Origin: Camelus dromedarius
Lineage: Eukaryota
Reading direction: 5' to 3'
Assembly: GCF_036321535.1 (NCBI RefSeq)
Contig: NC_087437.1
Span: 14,262,001-14,326,000, forward strand
Length of the DNA: 64,000 bases
Shown: one piece after another, positions 50,936 through 63,304 of the stretch
Layout of the letters: every line of letters starts with the position of its first letter
Numbering within the stretch: the first letter of the stretch is position 1
Translations under genes and position numbers: made by a program
Notes under the pieces: generated by a model
Told to the model about the DNA's origin: nothing
Databases searched by the model: none
What the model saw: the letters and a program-made list of their open reading frames with translations, nothing else

Positions 50936-52899
50936 AGGTTCCTTATTTTATTGACTCATTTATTTTTTTCATTTGTTGATTCAAGAAATACTGAATATAT
51001 ACAATACGTCCTACTTCCATGACAAGTGCCTTTAGGTAGATATTCAAAAAAGACTATTCATAAATTGCACCACGTGTCTTAGATTCAACTCTGTAAATAG
51101 GGCTGTTTCTCTCCAAAGGTCTCCACTCTCCTTCACAACAGTTTCCTTCATTTACTGGACACACCAGTTGCCTGGATGCTCAGCCTATGGCAAAAATGCT
51201 CACCCTGCAAGAGGAAGACCCTAATGGTAAACCATAAAACACAACAATCAGAGAAGACACGACCCAATAAAGAGATCTTGCTGAGTGCTGAACAGGGAAG
51301 GTGCTTAAAACTCTGGGAGCAACTGAGCTGTAAAGTCCTCTCCAGTTTCATGGGTCAGCGAAGCCAAGAGGATTTCATTGCAATGAATGCGCACAGGCAT
51401 TCACTCCTGGTGATTGCTTTAATGAAGTGGAACAATGGCATAAATGAGCCAAATCAGCTTTGAAATCAGTACATGTGCTTATGTTTGTGTTAAAATAAGC
51501 TCGCTTATCTGAACACATATCAGCATGAAGGGTGGGCCCACAACCAGGAGGATGCCCGGGAGGAGATAGCCATGCTGGACATGAAAATCCACAAAGCAAG
51601 GGATAAAGAAGAGGCTGTAATCATCTAGCTGGTGTTAGGCTGCTCTGAAGCAAACAGGTCACTAATTAAGGGGACAGAAGCCTTGGTTTTGGTAAAAGCT
51701 GTTGCTGTTGTGCCACTTTGGGTACATGAGAGTTGCCTTTCTGGACCTTCTGCAGTAAAATGAAGGAGTTGGACCAGATGACCTTTGAGATCTCTTCCAA
51801 CCCTTGCACTTCAAAACTGAAGTCTCTCAAATGTGCAAAAAGATTCACTGGGTTGATAATTAGGAAGTGCCTTTTTAGTCCCACTGTGTGTTTTGGCCCA
51901 ATGCACACATTACTAGAGGTGTTAATGATTTTATCCTTGTGAGAAGCCACATGTGTACACAACTTTACAGATGTGGAAGCCTAATAATGTGGCGGGTATT
52001 TGCTGCCTCTAAACCTACACGTTCAGAAAGATTTATCCTCTGTGTAATTGGCCAGAGCAAGACAATGGGCTGGCTGTTGCTAGAAGTGAAATATTGTTAC
52101 TCAGCACAAAAAAAAGATGACAGCAGATGTTCGGGATCAGCCCGGTGGCAGAGGGTTGACAGGATGACACTCCTCACATGTGCCGGCAAACAGTTTCCTT
52201 TTTCCCTCTGTGATTTCTTGCACAGCCTTCCAAATTCATTCTTGGCGTGCTCTGTGAATGAATGTTGTCGGACTTCCGTGCTGGGCTCCACATCCGTTGC
52301 CTGAATTGCATACAACACAGTGAAACTGGTGTTTTTTAATAAAGTTTATTAGTAGACTTCACACAAAGCTATCCTAGCACATCATTCTACTGTGGAAGGT
52401 ATAGCCTTGAAAAATCAATTAAGAGATATATATTCATATATCCTTCCTAGATGACAGCTACAGCCTGTTAGCTTATCTCATGTCTAAACGGGGTGGAGAA
52501 ATGATCGCACGATGGCATAGATCTCAGGGGACTGTCTCCCACATTCTCAAAGACAAGGATTGACTTCCACAAATTCACACCATGACAAGTGGTAAAATTG
52601 GGTTTGAAACCTGAATTATTAACTTTGAGTTTAACTCTCTCATACATCCAAAATCACAATTATAAAACACAGTGGCCTAATTTTTAGGCAATAATTTTTG
52701 ACAACCTTTGAACTTTGGTTGTCACCAGGCTCAAGGTGAATTCAGTCTCTGAACTCACCAGTTAAATGAGCTGATAAATTGCCTCCTTTGCTCAAACTAT
52801 CTTGACATGGGTTTCTGTCACTTGTCAATACAATTTCATAATGACATATGAGCTTTCCCATTTTGGAAACAAGTATATGTGCCTATAAAGGAACGATAA

Positions 52900-53110
52900 T
52901 TGCATGAACTGATGGTGACCCATGTGCCAAATGCTGTGCTGAAGGTTTTGCAGGTGTGTTCATTCACCATCAAAACAATGAGGTAGATATTTTTATAGTC
53001 CCCATTTTCCAGATAAAGAAACTGAGATACAAAGGAGTTAACTATATTTTCCAGGGTCATGTATCTCGTAAGATTCAGAGTCAGGGTTTAAAGCCCAGCA
53101 GTCAGATGCC
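52900..53110 (-). mobile_element. MIR SINE
   Basis: cccattttccagataaagaaactgagatacaaaggagttaact. Confidence 0.8.
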
Positions 53111-53549
53111 GCAGTACCCACTGAAACCTGCACCGCCGTACAGCCCCTGTACGTGTGTGCACATGTACCTTTACTGTGGTGTGAAGAGCTAGGCTGATGG
53201 GGAAACTGAAGCTTCTACCTTGTTCATCGCTTTTGCAGAGCAGACTCTGATCTCAGGATGCCCAACCACAGAGCATGCTGAGAACTCCTCCCAGGGAGAA
53301 GTCAGTGAGTTGGGACAAAGCCACCGGACCATGGATCATACCAAGGGAACTGGGGGTGTTTTTTGAAAGTGGTGGATCATAGCATTTGGTCATTGAACAG
53401 GAAGGTAGAGTGAAATTAAAGGAGGATTTCTAGAAACAGAATCTAGCCCAGGGAAGGCAAAAAGGGTTAAACTGGCAGAAGGGTGGGTCAGGCCCTCTTG
53501 TCTATAACTTATCCTCTATGTACACCTATAACCTAAGCAGTATTTAATT

Positions 53550-54435
53550 CTATATCTTTTCAGTATTTATCAACCTTTTTAATATGATATATGAAAACAT
53601 ATCATCTGATTTTAATTTGCCTTTTTTTTCTCATGAAATTGTTCCCATAGTTGGCAATTGGACTGTCGGCCATTTTTAATTTTTCCTCTTATGAATTGTT
53701 CAACAAAAAATATATTAGACCATATTCATTGATGGCAAATGACAGAAACTCCAAAACTTAAGGATTTCTTGGATCTTATAACTGGGAAATGTAGGGGCCC
53801 ACCTACATTTAGGTAAGTCTAGATCCCAGACCTTAAACTATGTAATGATGAAATCATTTCTCTTTCACTCCTTCTCTCTTCTGCTGCCCCACTGTGTTGT
53901 CTTCTCCTCCATGAAACAGCAAAGATGGCTCTAAGCTTACATTGTATTCAAATGAGTGATTCCAGAAGAAAAAAAGTGGAGAAGGTTCCTTTTATTTTAT
54001 ATCATCTGCAATAGCTTATAGCACCTGCAAAAGATTGACTTATTGAAAACATGCCAGTCCCTGGACTAATCAGTGTGTCTGAGAGGTGAGGTAGTCTGGT
54101 TGGTCACATGCCAATTCTTGAGGTAGGGAAGGTGGAATCACGCTATTGACAGCATCATTGAGTAGTAAAGGGTATTTCCCAAAGCAACGTTATGCAAAGG
54201 AGAGGGAAAAGGTACTAGGCTGGGAAAACAAAAGGCCACTAAAATTCTCTTTTCTATTTAAAAATGAGGTGCTCAACTTTTTATTGATTTGGAAGAACTC
54301 TTTATATATTCAGGATATTAACCTTTGATCTGTACTAGACAAACTGTATGTTTTTTCAGTTTGTCACTTGTCTTTTCACTTTGTTTACAGAGAATTTTTC
54401 CCTCTTAGAGTAATTTGAAATTTTTATGTAAGCCC
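53550..54435 (-). mobile_element. Old L1 fragment with an inserted MLT1J-like LTR (about 53715-54240)
   Basis: L1: ttttaatttgc... and ctctttatatattcaggatattaacct. LTR: ggcaaatgacagaaactccaaa...ctggttggtcacatgcc. Confidence 0.6.
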
Positions 54436-54722
54436 CCTCTGTTCAGTGAGCTTCCTTAGAGCTGCCACTTGAGAAGATCCTCACCCATATCTTAGTACCA
54501 CTCATCAATACAGACCTGAACAGTTAATACACAAAGTTCTAGTTCCTTATCTTCCTGAAAGAGATGTTCAGGTATCAATTAGTTTCCCCACCTGTAAAGT
54601 GGGAAAATCAATAGTACCAGGAGGGTAGACAGTTATGTAGCAGAATGACCTTGTTTTTTGGAAATGTATGCTAAAGTGTCAGGTTTATTTTCAAGTGGTT
54701 CACATAAAAAATTAAAGAATGA

Positions 54723-54836
54723 CCTATAATGAAAAAGAGTATGAGAATGAATATATATGTTATTATGTTAGGCTAAACTATTATGCTGTACACCAGAAAT
54801 TGACACAACATTGTAAATTGACTATACTTCAATTAA
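54723..54836 (+). mobile_element. Short young L1 3' tail nested in an old L1 3' end
   Basis: tatgctgtacaccagaaattgacacaacattgtaaattgactatacttcaat. 17-bp TSD aaaaaattaaagaatga at 54706-54722 and 54837-54853. Confidence 0.9.
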
Positions 54837-56425
54837 AAAAAATTAAAGAATGAGAGAGAGGTGGGTAGGGCAAATAGTCTGTGTTGAATCCAAGTGGTGG
54901 ATAAATAGATGTTCATTGTACAATATTTCTACTTTTCTTTATCTGAATTTTCTCCTAATTAAAAGGTTACAAAACAGAGTGAGTAGAGGGAGCATCGGAC
55001 AGCTGTGGAGCATGTGGAGGGTCTTCGCCACACTCGTCCTCTCTAGCAGCTCTGCTGACAGTCTGTCTCAGTGACCAGGTCGGGGTTTGGGTTCCAAGTG
55101 CAACACTATGGAGTATGCACTGGGGTTATCGCTCTGGTACAGTCGTTGCTGAAGGTGGATTTTGTGGGGGTGGGGGTGATGTTGGTGCCACGAGGGGCTG
55201 TGAATCTCCTTGAAGCCTTCCTCCCAGCTAATCCTCAAAACACTGTGCAAGGCAGTGACCTGGACTTTGACTTGTACAGCTTCTTATGGGGGCTAGAGTC
55301 ACATTTTTCATAGGTCTCATATATTGCTCAGAATATTTAGGTCAAATAAAAGCCAACTTTTTTTAAAAAAAGGAAAAAATGCCCCAGAGCATGCTAACAG
55401 TGATTTAGAAAATATGTGAACTCCTTGACAGCTTAGCTCTGTTCAAAAGGAATATGAAAAATTGGAGACACCTTTGAAGAATATTTGCCTAGAGAAAGAG
55501 TCATCAGAAATCTGGATCCTGGAGGAAACTGAAAAGCTTAAGAATAAAATAACTTCCTGAGAATAAGACTTGAATGAAGAAAGCTCTAAATGCACAGAAC
55601 AAGGAAGTTGGTGGCTGAAATTATAAGAATGATCCATTCAAGAGATGAATTGAATCATTGCATCATAAGCAGCTTTTCCAACAGAATGAGGCCAAGAGCC
55701 AAGCCCCATATGATCCCTTTCCAGCAGGTGGTCCTTCGTGTTGAAAACAAAGCTTTTGTCTCCCCTCCTCTCGGGTCTCACCTTTGCTACTGGACTATGT
55801 TCCCCTATCTCTTCCTCCAACCTGAATTCATTATTGCCAGTGGGTCCAAGGGGACAATTTCTGCAAAAAGGACCTTTTCTCCTTTTTCCCTTTCTCCCTT
55901 CCTCCTCTAGACCGTCCCCAACCCCCATCACCTTCACATCCTGAAAATAGATTTGTTGTGGATTAATTCAACCTCCAGCAAATCAAATATTCAGAACCAT
56001 GTTGATAACTTTCAGAACCATGCTGAGAGTCTTGGGTACCCCTTTTGTCTCTTTTAAAGAAATTATTTGGAATTATTTATCTTTCATTATTGGTTTATGA
56101 AACTGCAGCTACTTAAGAAACTATACATTTTCTCAAACTGAAGTTTGATGGGACTGTGAGTCTCACTGTTTTGAAGATAATATTTAATACCAACTTATGA
56201 GCAGTATTTCTACTTATTTTATCCTTCAGCTAGTGTAAAGAGTGGTACTTTAATTTAACCTTTTAATTATAACCTTAACAATAATAATACATGTGCAGCT
56301 CAGATACAGGAGTTGTTTTAAACTACAAATATAATTTTTTGTTTGCTCAGAGGTATATTGATTATAGTTATAAAGCAAACGTAAATCTTTATTTTTATCT
56401 AAATAAATAATAGTCAGTGATTGGT

Positions 56426-56913
56426 CCTGAAGAGATAACGACACTCCCTTGTTCATTGCATCATTATTCACAATAGCCAAGATACGGAAACAACCTAAAT
56501 GTCTATCAACCAATGAATGGACAAATCAAATGTGGAATATACAGAATAGATAAACAAAATGTGATGTACGTATATAATAAATTTTATTATTCAGCCTAAA
56601 AGAAGAAGAAAATTCTGTGATATGTGACCACAGGGATAAATGTGGAGAACACTATGCTAAGTGAAACAAGCCAATCACAGAAGAACAAATACTGCATGAC
56701 TCCACTTCTATGAGGCACCTGAAATAATCAAACTCGTAGAAACAGAGAGTAGGAAGTTGGTTGCCAAAGGATGGGGGAGGGGGAAAATGGAAAGTTTGTT
56801 CCATGGGTATAAAATTTGTACCTAAAAATAACAATACTGTACTGTACACTTAAGCGTTTGTCAAGAGGGTAGACCTCATGGTAAGTATACTTACTACAAC
56901 TAAATAAATAAAT
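56426..56913 (+). mobile_element. L1 3' end (L1MA-like)
   Basis: tgttcattgcatcattattcacaatagccaagatacggaaacaacctaaatgtc...gagggtagacctcatg. TSD agtgattggt at 56416-56425 and 56914-56923. Confidence 0.88.
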
Positions 56914-57092
56914 AGTGATTGGTTTAAAAGGATTTTATGTAATGAAATCTATTAAGCATTAATGTATGGTTTTAGCTTTTCTTTCATGCTTAGAAACTTC
57001 TTTTCCACTTCTCCATCATAAAATCATTATTGTAAATTGTGTTCTAGAGCATTTATAATTTTATAATTTAATCCATGGTGAAGTCATTTTTA

Positions 57093-57510
57093 TTAGTTAA
57101 GATAAAACTAACCGTGGTGACAGATAATCTCTCAAGTCTCAGTGGTTCGACACACAGTTTATTTCTCTCATCATAGTCCAATGCAGGTGTTATCTGAGCC
57201 ACCTTATGCAAGGACCTGCAAGGACCTGCAAGGACCCAGGCTTCTCCCATCTTGAGTCTATGCTCCCGTTTAGGTCAGTAGAGATCTCGCCAGTGACCTG
57301 GATGGAAGAACATGGCAGCATGTGTATGGAAAGGTTGTATGGGCCAATCCTGGAGGTAGTGTATATCACTTCTGCCCACATTCCACTAGTCAGGAGTCTG
57401 TCCATGGACACAGCCAACTGCAAAAGAATCTGGGAATTTAAGATGTGGTAACAGGAGGGAAAGACAACAGGCTTTGAGGAATACAGAGACGTCTCTGCCC
57501 AATTTGGCAC
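57093..57510 (-). mobile_element. MaLR LTR (MLT1I/J-like)
   Basis: ttagttaagataaaactaacc...tttatttctctcat...atcacttctgcccacattccactagtcagga...ctgggaa. Confidence 0.75.
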
Positions 57511-58964
57511 AATTTTGTTGTGAAATGAGAAGCAGAGATCCTGATCATTTGAAAATTTGGGTTCATGTTAACTAAATCATCCCCTACTTCTTCCATTATC
57601 TTCATCTTCAATTTAATTTAGCTGCGCATTTTTACCTTTGACTCTAGGTCTTTGTTTTGGCATTTCTGTATTGCTAAATTTTCTTTTTCTATGGTGTGAA
57701 GTATGAATCCAACATCAGTTTTCTCTACATGGTGAACTGAGTCTTCCCAGCACCATCTATCTAAGTAATAGAGATAAGTTATCATTTAAAAATTTATTTA
57801 AAAATTGAGATGCCAATGCATATCAAGTTCCCAAATACACAAGGCCTCTCCCTCTGTTCTTCTGGTGAGCCATTTGCCTGGTTTTTGTTCATCACCATAC
57901 TGTTTTCATTGCAATAACTCTTGTTACTGTAATAACATGTCTTCCAGGCCTAGGTCTGGGAAAAGCTGCTAGCAGCCTAGGTTACTTCATCATTGTCTCT
58001 GGATTGCAAAATCTCTAGACTGGGTCTTAAATTATAACATAACTCCATTGAGGTGGCGTCAAGGCAAGCGAGCTCTAACCACGTGGTTTGCAGGCTGTAT
58101 CGTGAGTATATATCCTCCAAGGCAAAAGGCGGGTCAAGTCCCTGGTAAGTCAGGACCATGACAGCCAGAGTGAGGGTTTGCTTATGCCGATGGGACAGGG
58201 TGACATCTCTCTCTCTCAGCAAAATTTCCTTCACAATCTACCTCCCACCTATTATTCTAGCCTCACTGCTGGAGATAACACGGTGCTTATTTTAGCCAGT
58301 TCCTCATTTTACCCTTGTGAAAGCCAAAACACTTTAAATCACTTACCTTAGATTATTTAGCAAGTTTGGGGAAAAAGCCAGGATCAGAACTCAGATCTCC
58401 TTTACTCTACAAGTCGACTGTGCTTTCCACCATCATCAGCGTGGATCCCACATGGGAAGCTGTCTCCGTACATCTCGGCTCCTTGCTCCTGAACACCTGA
58501 GAAATACCACATCAGCTCATCACAGGTGCTGAGGCCAGGGGCTGGGGCCTGTTATCCTCCTCCTTCACTCTGAGTGATTCCTGATTCTAGCAAAGAGCTG
58601 GATCGACACACGCAACGTTCCTTCATCCCAAGGATGAAAGGTTGCGGAGGACAAGGCAAAAGTCTACCTGTAAAACCTGCAAATCTTTGCACCAAAAATA
58701 TAAGAGGAGGCTCGTCGCATTCACGTCAGTGAATATCAGATGTCCCATCTCTTTCTTTTATCACTGTTCCTTTCTACGGCTTGGGAAATTGGGAGTTGAG
58801 GTGAAATGTATTACACCAGGAACCTTGAGAATTATTTCAAGCGAGAACGTGGTGTCCAATTTGAAACAGAATTTGTGCATAACCACGAGTAGTCTGAAAC
58901 TCTTAGGGATGAGTGAGACTGGGCTGGAAGGTTTATGTGATACCTCCATTCTCTTGTCTCTTAG

Positions 58965-59101
58965 CTTTTTTTTTTTTTTTTTCTGGTGGGGGGAAGTAAT
59001 TAGGGTTATTTATTTAATTTTAGAGGAGGTACTGGGGATTGAACCCAGGACCTCGTGCATCCTAAATATGTGCTCTACCGCTTGAGCTCTATACCATCCC
59101 C
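58965..59101 (-). mobile_element. tRNA-derived SINE, camelid Vic-1 type
   Basis: Reverse complement ggggatggtatagagctcaagcggtagagcac...ggttcaatccccagtacctcc...ctaattacttccccc plus poly(A). Perfect 14-bp TSD ctcttgtctcttag at 58951-58964 and 59102-59115. Confidence 0.92.
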
Positions 59102-59886
59102 CTCTTGTCTCTTAGTTTTTAAAGTCTCTGTCTAATCATTTGAAAAAGGGGGTACACATTGATGTCTAAGAAACACACTGTCCTTTTATATTCTCTCTGA
59201 GAATCCCAAGTACAGCTAGATAAAAATTAAGTCTCCCCCTAGGTGTGAGGTGGGTGGGGTAGGAACCTAGGCATGAGAGATGGAAGCCGAGAGGCAGTGA
59301 CATTCCCAAAGCCAGATAAAAATGGGATTCTTGAGTCCTTATTCACTCTGGTACAATTCTCTTTAAAACCAGAAGCTTCACGTATTTATGTCTTGTTTCC
59401 AAAAAGTAAGGTCTGTTGGGGGAAAATGGACTCAGAATGGAGCTCCTAACTCCAGCGTATATTTCTTGAGACATTTTTTAACCTTCTTAGGTAAGAAGGG
59501 AAATGATTTGGGGCCGGTAACAGTTGCTGACATTCAAGTGCGGTTCTTTGCAGACTTACGTTAAGCATCTTTCAACTAAGGAACCTTAAAACTTCCAGCC
59601 AGCAATCTGCCGGATTACAGTCTACAAAAGCTTGGGCCTGTCTGAGGAGGATGCTGAGGAGATATGACACAGAGGCACATGTGGGTCAGCAATCCAGGGC
59701 TTTACAGAGGCGTGCGTCACCGTCACCAACATCCGACACTATTTTTAGGAATTTCAGCCTTCTGACTATTCCTCCACATGTGATAGCCATCTCTGTGTCT
59801 GTGCACATTCCTCTGATGTGAATTAAAAGCCAAAAATGAAATCCAGTTCGTTTTGTACTCTCTGCTTTTTTGATGCTGCCACTGCC

Positions 59887-59910
59887 AAAAAAAAAAAAAA
59901 AAAAAAAAAA
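59887..59910. repeat. Poly(A)24 tract
   Basis: Read directly. Confidence 0.95.
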
Positions 59911-59926
59911 GTGTTACACAGTTTCC

Positions 59927-60295
59927 TTTTTTTTTAAATTGAAGTATAGTCCATTACAATGTGTCAATTTCTGGCGTACGGCATAATGTCCCAGTCATGC
60001 ATATATACACATATATTTGTTTTCATATTTTTTGTTAAAGGTTATTACAAGATATTGAATATAGTTCCCTGTGCTATACAGAAGAAATTTGTTTTTTAAT
60101 CTATTTTTATATATAGTGATTAATCTTCACAAATCTCAAACTCCCAAATTTATTCCTTCCCACCTCCTTTCCCCCGGTAACCATAAGATTGTTTACTATG
60201 TCTGCGAGTCCATTTCTGTTCTGTAGATGTGTCTTCTTTCTCCTTTTCTTTTTAAAAAATTTCACATATAGGTGATGTCATATGGGATTTTTTTC
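59927..60295 (-). mobile_element. Young L1 3' UTR
   Basis: aattgaagtatagtccattacaatgtgtcaatttctgg..., the same family as 5617-6168. No TSD recognised. Confidence 0.88.
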
Positions 60296-60599
60296 TTGAT
60301 TCATTTTTAATAAGTCCCTTAAACAGAGGTCAAGGGAGATTCCCTGGGCAGTTCCTTGAGAGCTTTGCTGGGGACTAATGTGTCTCTCAGATCGATGCTG
60401 CTCTATCACGTCTTGTGGAGTAAATGGTTGTCCCCATTCCAGAATATCTGTAACAGGAATAGAGCCCCCATCAATCAAAAGTGGTTTGGATGCCATTCTG
60501 CAGAAAGACCATTTAACCCAAGGGTCAGATACTCCACTTTTTTTTTCTTCTATAACATCAAGCACCTCCCTCTAATTCTGAGAAATATCATGGAATTAT

Positions 60600-60785
60600 A
60601 GTGAGATCATGAACTTTTAAGTCAGAAGATTAGAATTTGAATCTTGAAATTGCCACCTATTATCTGTGGACGCTTAGGAGAATTACTTAATTTTTGTGAA
60701 CTTCTCTTTTTCATCATAACATAGAGTTACTGGGAGAATGAACTGACCGAATGTGCAATGTGTAGATGGTAGGCTTTGTAAATTA
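60600..60785 (+). mobile_element. MIR SINE
   Basis: gaatttgaatcttgaaattgccacctattatctgtgga...ttacttaa. Confidence 0.6.
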
Positions 60786-61659
60786 TATTTTCTGCCTACT
60801 CTAAGCCCAAATTTAAGAAGTGCCAGGTAACAATGTGACTGGTGGAGGTCAATGTAAGGGGTGGAACAAACAAAACTCAGCTGATATAATTTACACATTC
60901 ATTCACTTAATTATTCATTAAGCCAATACACACTGATTGGGTGCTGTCTCAGTATTATCCTGAGAGATGAGAATTAGACGTGAGGGACGCTTGGGCCCTG
61001 ATGCCCCACCCCCAGCCCCAACGCTGGAGAAAGTGAGTGGCAGTGACATCAGCAGTGTGGATGTCAGGCTCAGAGGTGTACGTGCTGAGCACATTCAAAG
61101 CTAAAATAAGGCTGAAGTGCCTGGGCCAGTCGGGCTGGTCAGCATCCTCAGAGCCCACCCTGTCCAGGCGCCTCTGTCTCTTGGTGACGGCATAGGACCG
61201 CTTTTTGGCTGACTGACACACATAGGGTTCCTACCATGCAAGTGGCGTAATACTGTCCTGGCTTATTGAGTGGACTGTGGAAATGGCTGAGACTTCCTTT
61301 TCTTTTGCTCTTCTCTTTTCAGAGGCTTTTGAGGTCAGGTAAAATGACCTCAGACAAAAGCTGGAAGCCCTGCTGGGTTTACATGAAATGCATTTGTCTT
61401 TCTTTGGCAGGCCGAGAGTTGGTGGGGACAGGCGTGTATGCGGCGTGTGCTTTTGCCTCTGACATGGCAAATGTTTACTTTGAAGGAACTCAGGGAAAAG
61501 CAAGCTTTCCCTTTGTCTCTGGACTCTGTAATTGATAGCATGCTTTAAACCGTCTGTTTTTAGAGTCATAATTTTTGTTTCAGACCAATTAAAATGTATG
61601 TAGAAGTAAATAACATCATGAATTGCTTATAAAGGAAAAACTTTCATGATAATGGTAGC

Positions 61660-61840
61660 AGCAATGTTTGAATGCTTACTTACCTACTCACTGTTTCGTT
61701 GTTTATCTTGATCCCCGATACAACTGTAAGAAGTAGGTCTCACAATCTTTATTTCGCAGGTAAGTGAAATACTTTGTTCAGGGTCATACAGCCGGAAAAT
61801 GGCAAACCCAGGTTTGACTCTGAAGCTCTCAGCCTACAGA
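61660..61840 (-). mobile_element. MIR SINE
   Basis: tttgaatgcttact...acttgttcagggtcatacagc...ggcaaacccaggtttgactc. Confidence 0.6.
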
Positions 61841-62499
61841 GCGCTTCCTGCCATGCCACCCGTTCCGTATAAGGCAAATAAAATATGTGTGTACTATATG
61901 TGATATGACTTATAAAACAAGTACATACAAAGTGTCAGAGAAACCCCAACACAGGAACAAATGATCCTCGTAGGGAGGACAAAAATGCTTCACAAGACAG
62001 CCATCTCATTTCAGAAGCAAGAAAATGAAACGATGAAACTTAGAGAGGTGGAGACTTACCCAAGGTGGCAAAGTGGTAAAGTTAAAACAGAACCAAATGG
62101 TTAAGCAATGCTTTTTCTACAAATGAAAACATGCTATCTCATTATGCCCAAAGTGTTGGGGCTCCAGCGTGGCTGAAATAATTTATAAGGTAACCAAGAA
62201 GTAAAAAGACAGAAGTTTAGTGATACTGGGAGAAGACTGGTCCCCAAACCGTTTAGTTTACCCAAGACTGGTTGCTCCCAAATAACAGTTCCTCCCTGCC
62301 TTGGATCAGGTGTCAAGTTAGAAGCAAAATGTGGTTGTAATTGGGTGATGTTCAAAGAAAAGTTCATCTGTTTCCAGCTCCAAGACCAGGGTGAGGAAGT
62401 TGGAAGTGCAGGTGGAATGGCATGGGAGACGGTGGAGAGGTGGTAGACCAGATGCTGTATGCTAATGTAGATGCTTTCTGCACCATTTGATGTGTCTGG

Positions 62500-62955
62500 G
62501 TGTTCTAGTTATCTGCTAATGGATGACAAAAATACCCCAAAACTTCGTGGTATAGAAACCTTTTTTTTTTTTTCTGACTATGAATTATGTAGGTCATGAA
62601 TCCAGACAAAGTATAGCAGGCGTGGCTCAGCTCTGTTCCTTGATGTCAGAAGCCTCAGCTGGGATTGCTCAAAAGGCGAGGTGGATGCTTCTTTCTCCTC
62701 GTGACCTCTCCCGGTGGTTAGCTTCCGCACAGCCTGGCATCCTCAGGGTAATGGAACCTCTTATATGGCAGTTCAGGACTCCAAGAAGACCAAGGCAAAA
62801 GCTGCCCATCCTTTTAAAATCTAGGTCCAGATCACATTGGCCGTAGTCTATTTGTCACACTGTCATCAGTCAGCCCAGATTCAAAAGGAGGGTAGATAGA
62901 CTCCAGCCTTCAATGGAAGGAGTGCCAAATAATTTAGGCCTATTTTTAATCCACT
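62500..62955 (-). mobile_element. MaLR LTR (MLT1F/G/H-like)
   Basis: tgttctagttatctgct...accccaaaacttcgtgg...gcctcagctggg...cagcccagattcaaaaggagg...tttttaatccac. Confidence 0.8.
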
Positions 62956-63304
62956 AAGTTGTCTTATGAGAAGGGAACAAGGAGAAGACTGTCTCTGCCT
63001 TGTGGGCTGCTCGGGTGAAAACCTAGATTTGGCCAAACCAGCAAGAGAAAATAATAGGAAAACCAAGTGAAGGAATTCAGGAAAACCCAGGCAATTAAGA
63101 GATGGAAAAAGAAAGAAGAGGAGTTGTGTCTTTGAAGCAATATAATATAGCAGAGAGGAGACTGTCTTCAAAGTTGAGACAGATACTAATTATGATGTGA
63201 CTGGGGGCAAGTACACTCCAAACCAGAGTTCCCATGTTCGTGGGAAGAGGATGCGCCTCCTTGCCTTGTGGGAGTGGTTGTGAAGATTAGATAAAATGGT
63301 ATCT

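Noticed and set aside
55990..56031. 21-bp tandem duplication (ttcagaaccatg...)
   Set aside because: An ordinary diverged two-copy duplication. Similar small ones occur near 12116, 17767, 31115 and 37409.
57207..57236. (TGCAAGGACC)x3 tandem repeat
   Set aside because: Local slippage within an MLT1 LTR; no spacers, so not CRISPR-like.
58642..59085. 147-aa ORF
   Set aside because: It reads through the antisense SINE poly(T) (poly-Phe) and SINE body; a chance ORF.
59560..59812. Minus-strand acceptor/donor pair suggesting a coding exon
   Set aside because: All three frames contain stops with either acceptor tested.
59800..59910. Poly(A)24 as a processed-pseudogene tail
   Set aside because: I found no upstream ORF, clear AATAAA at the proper distance, or TSD.
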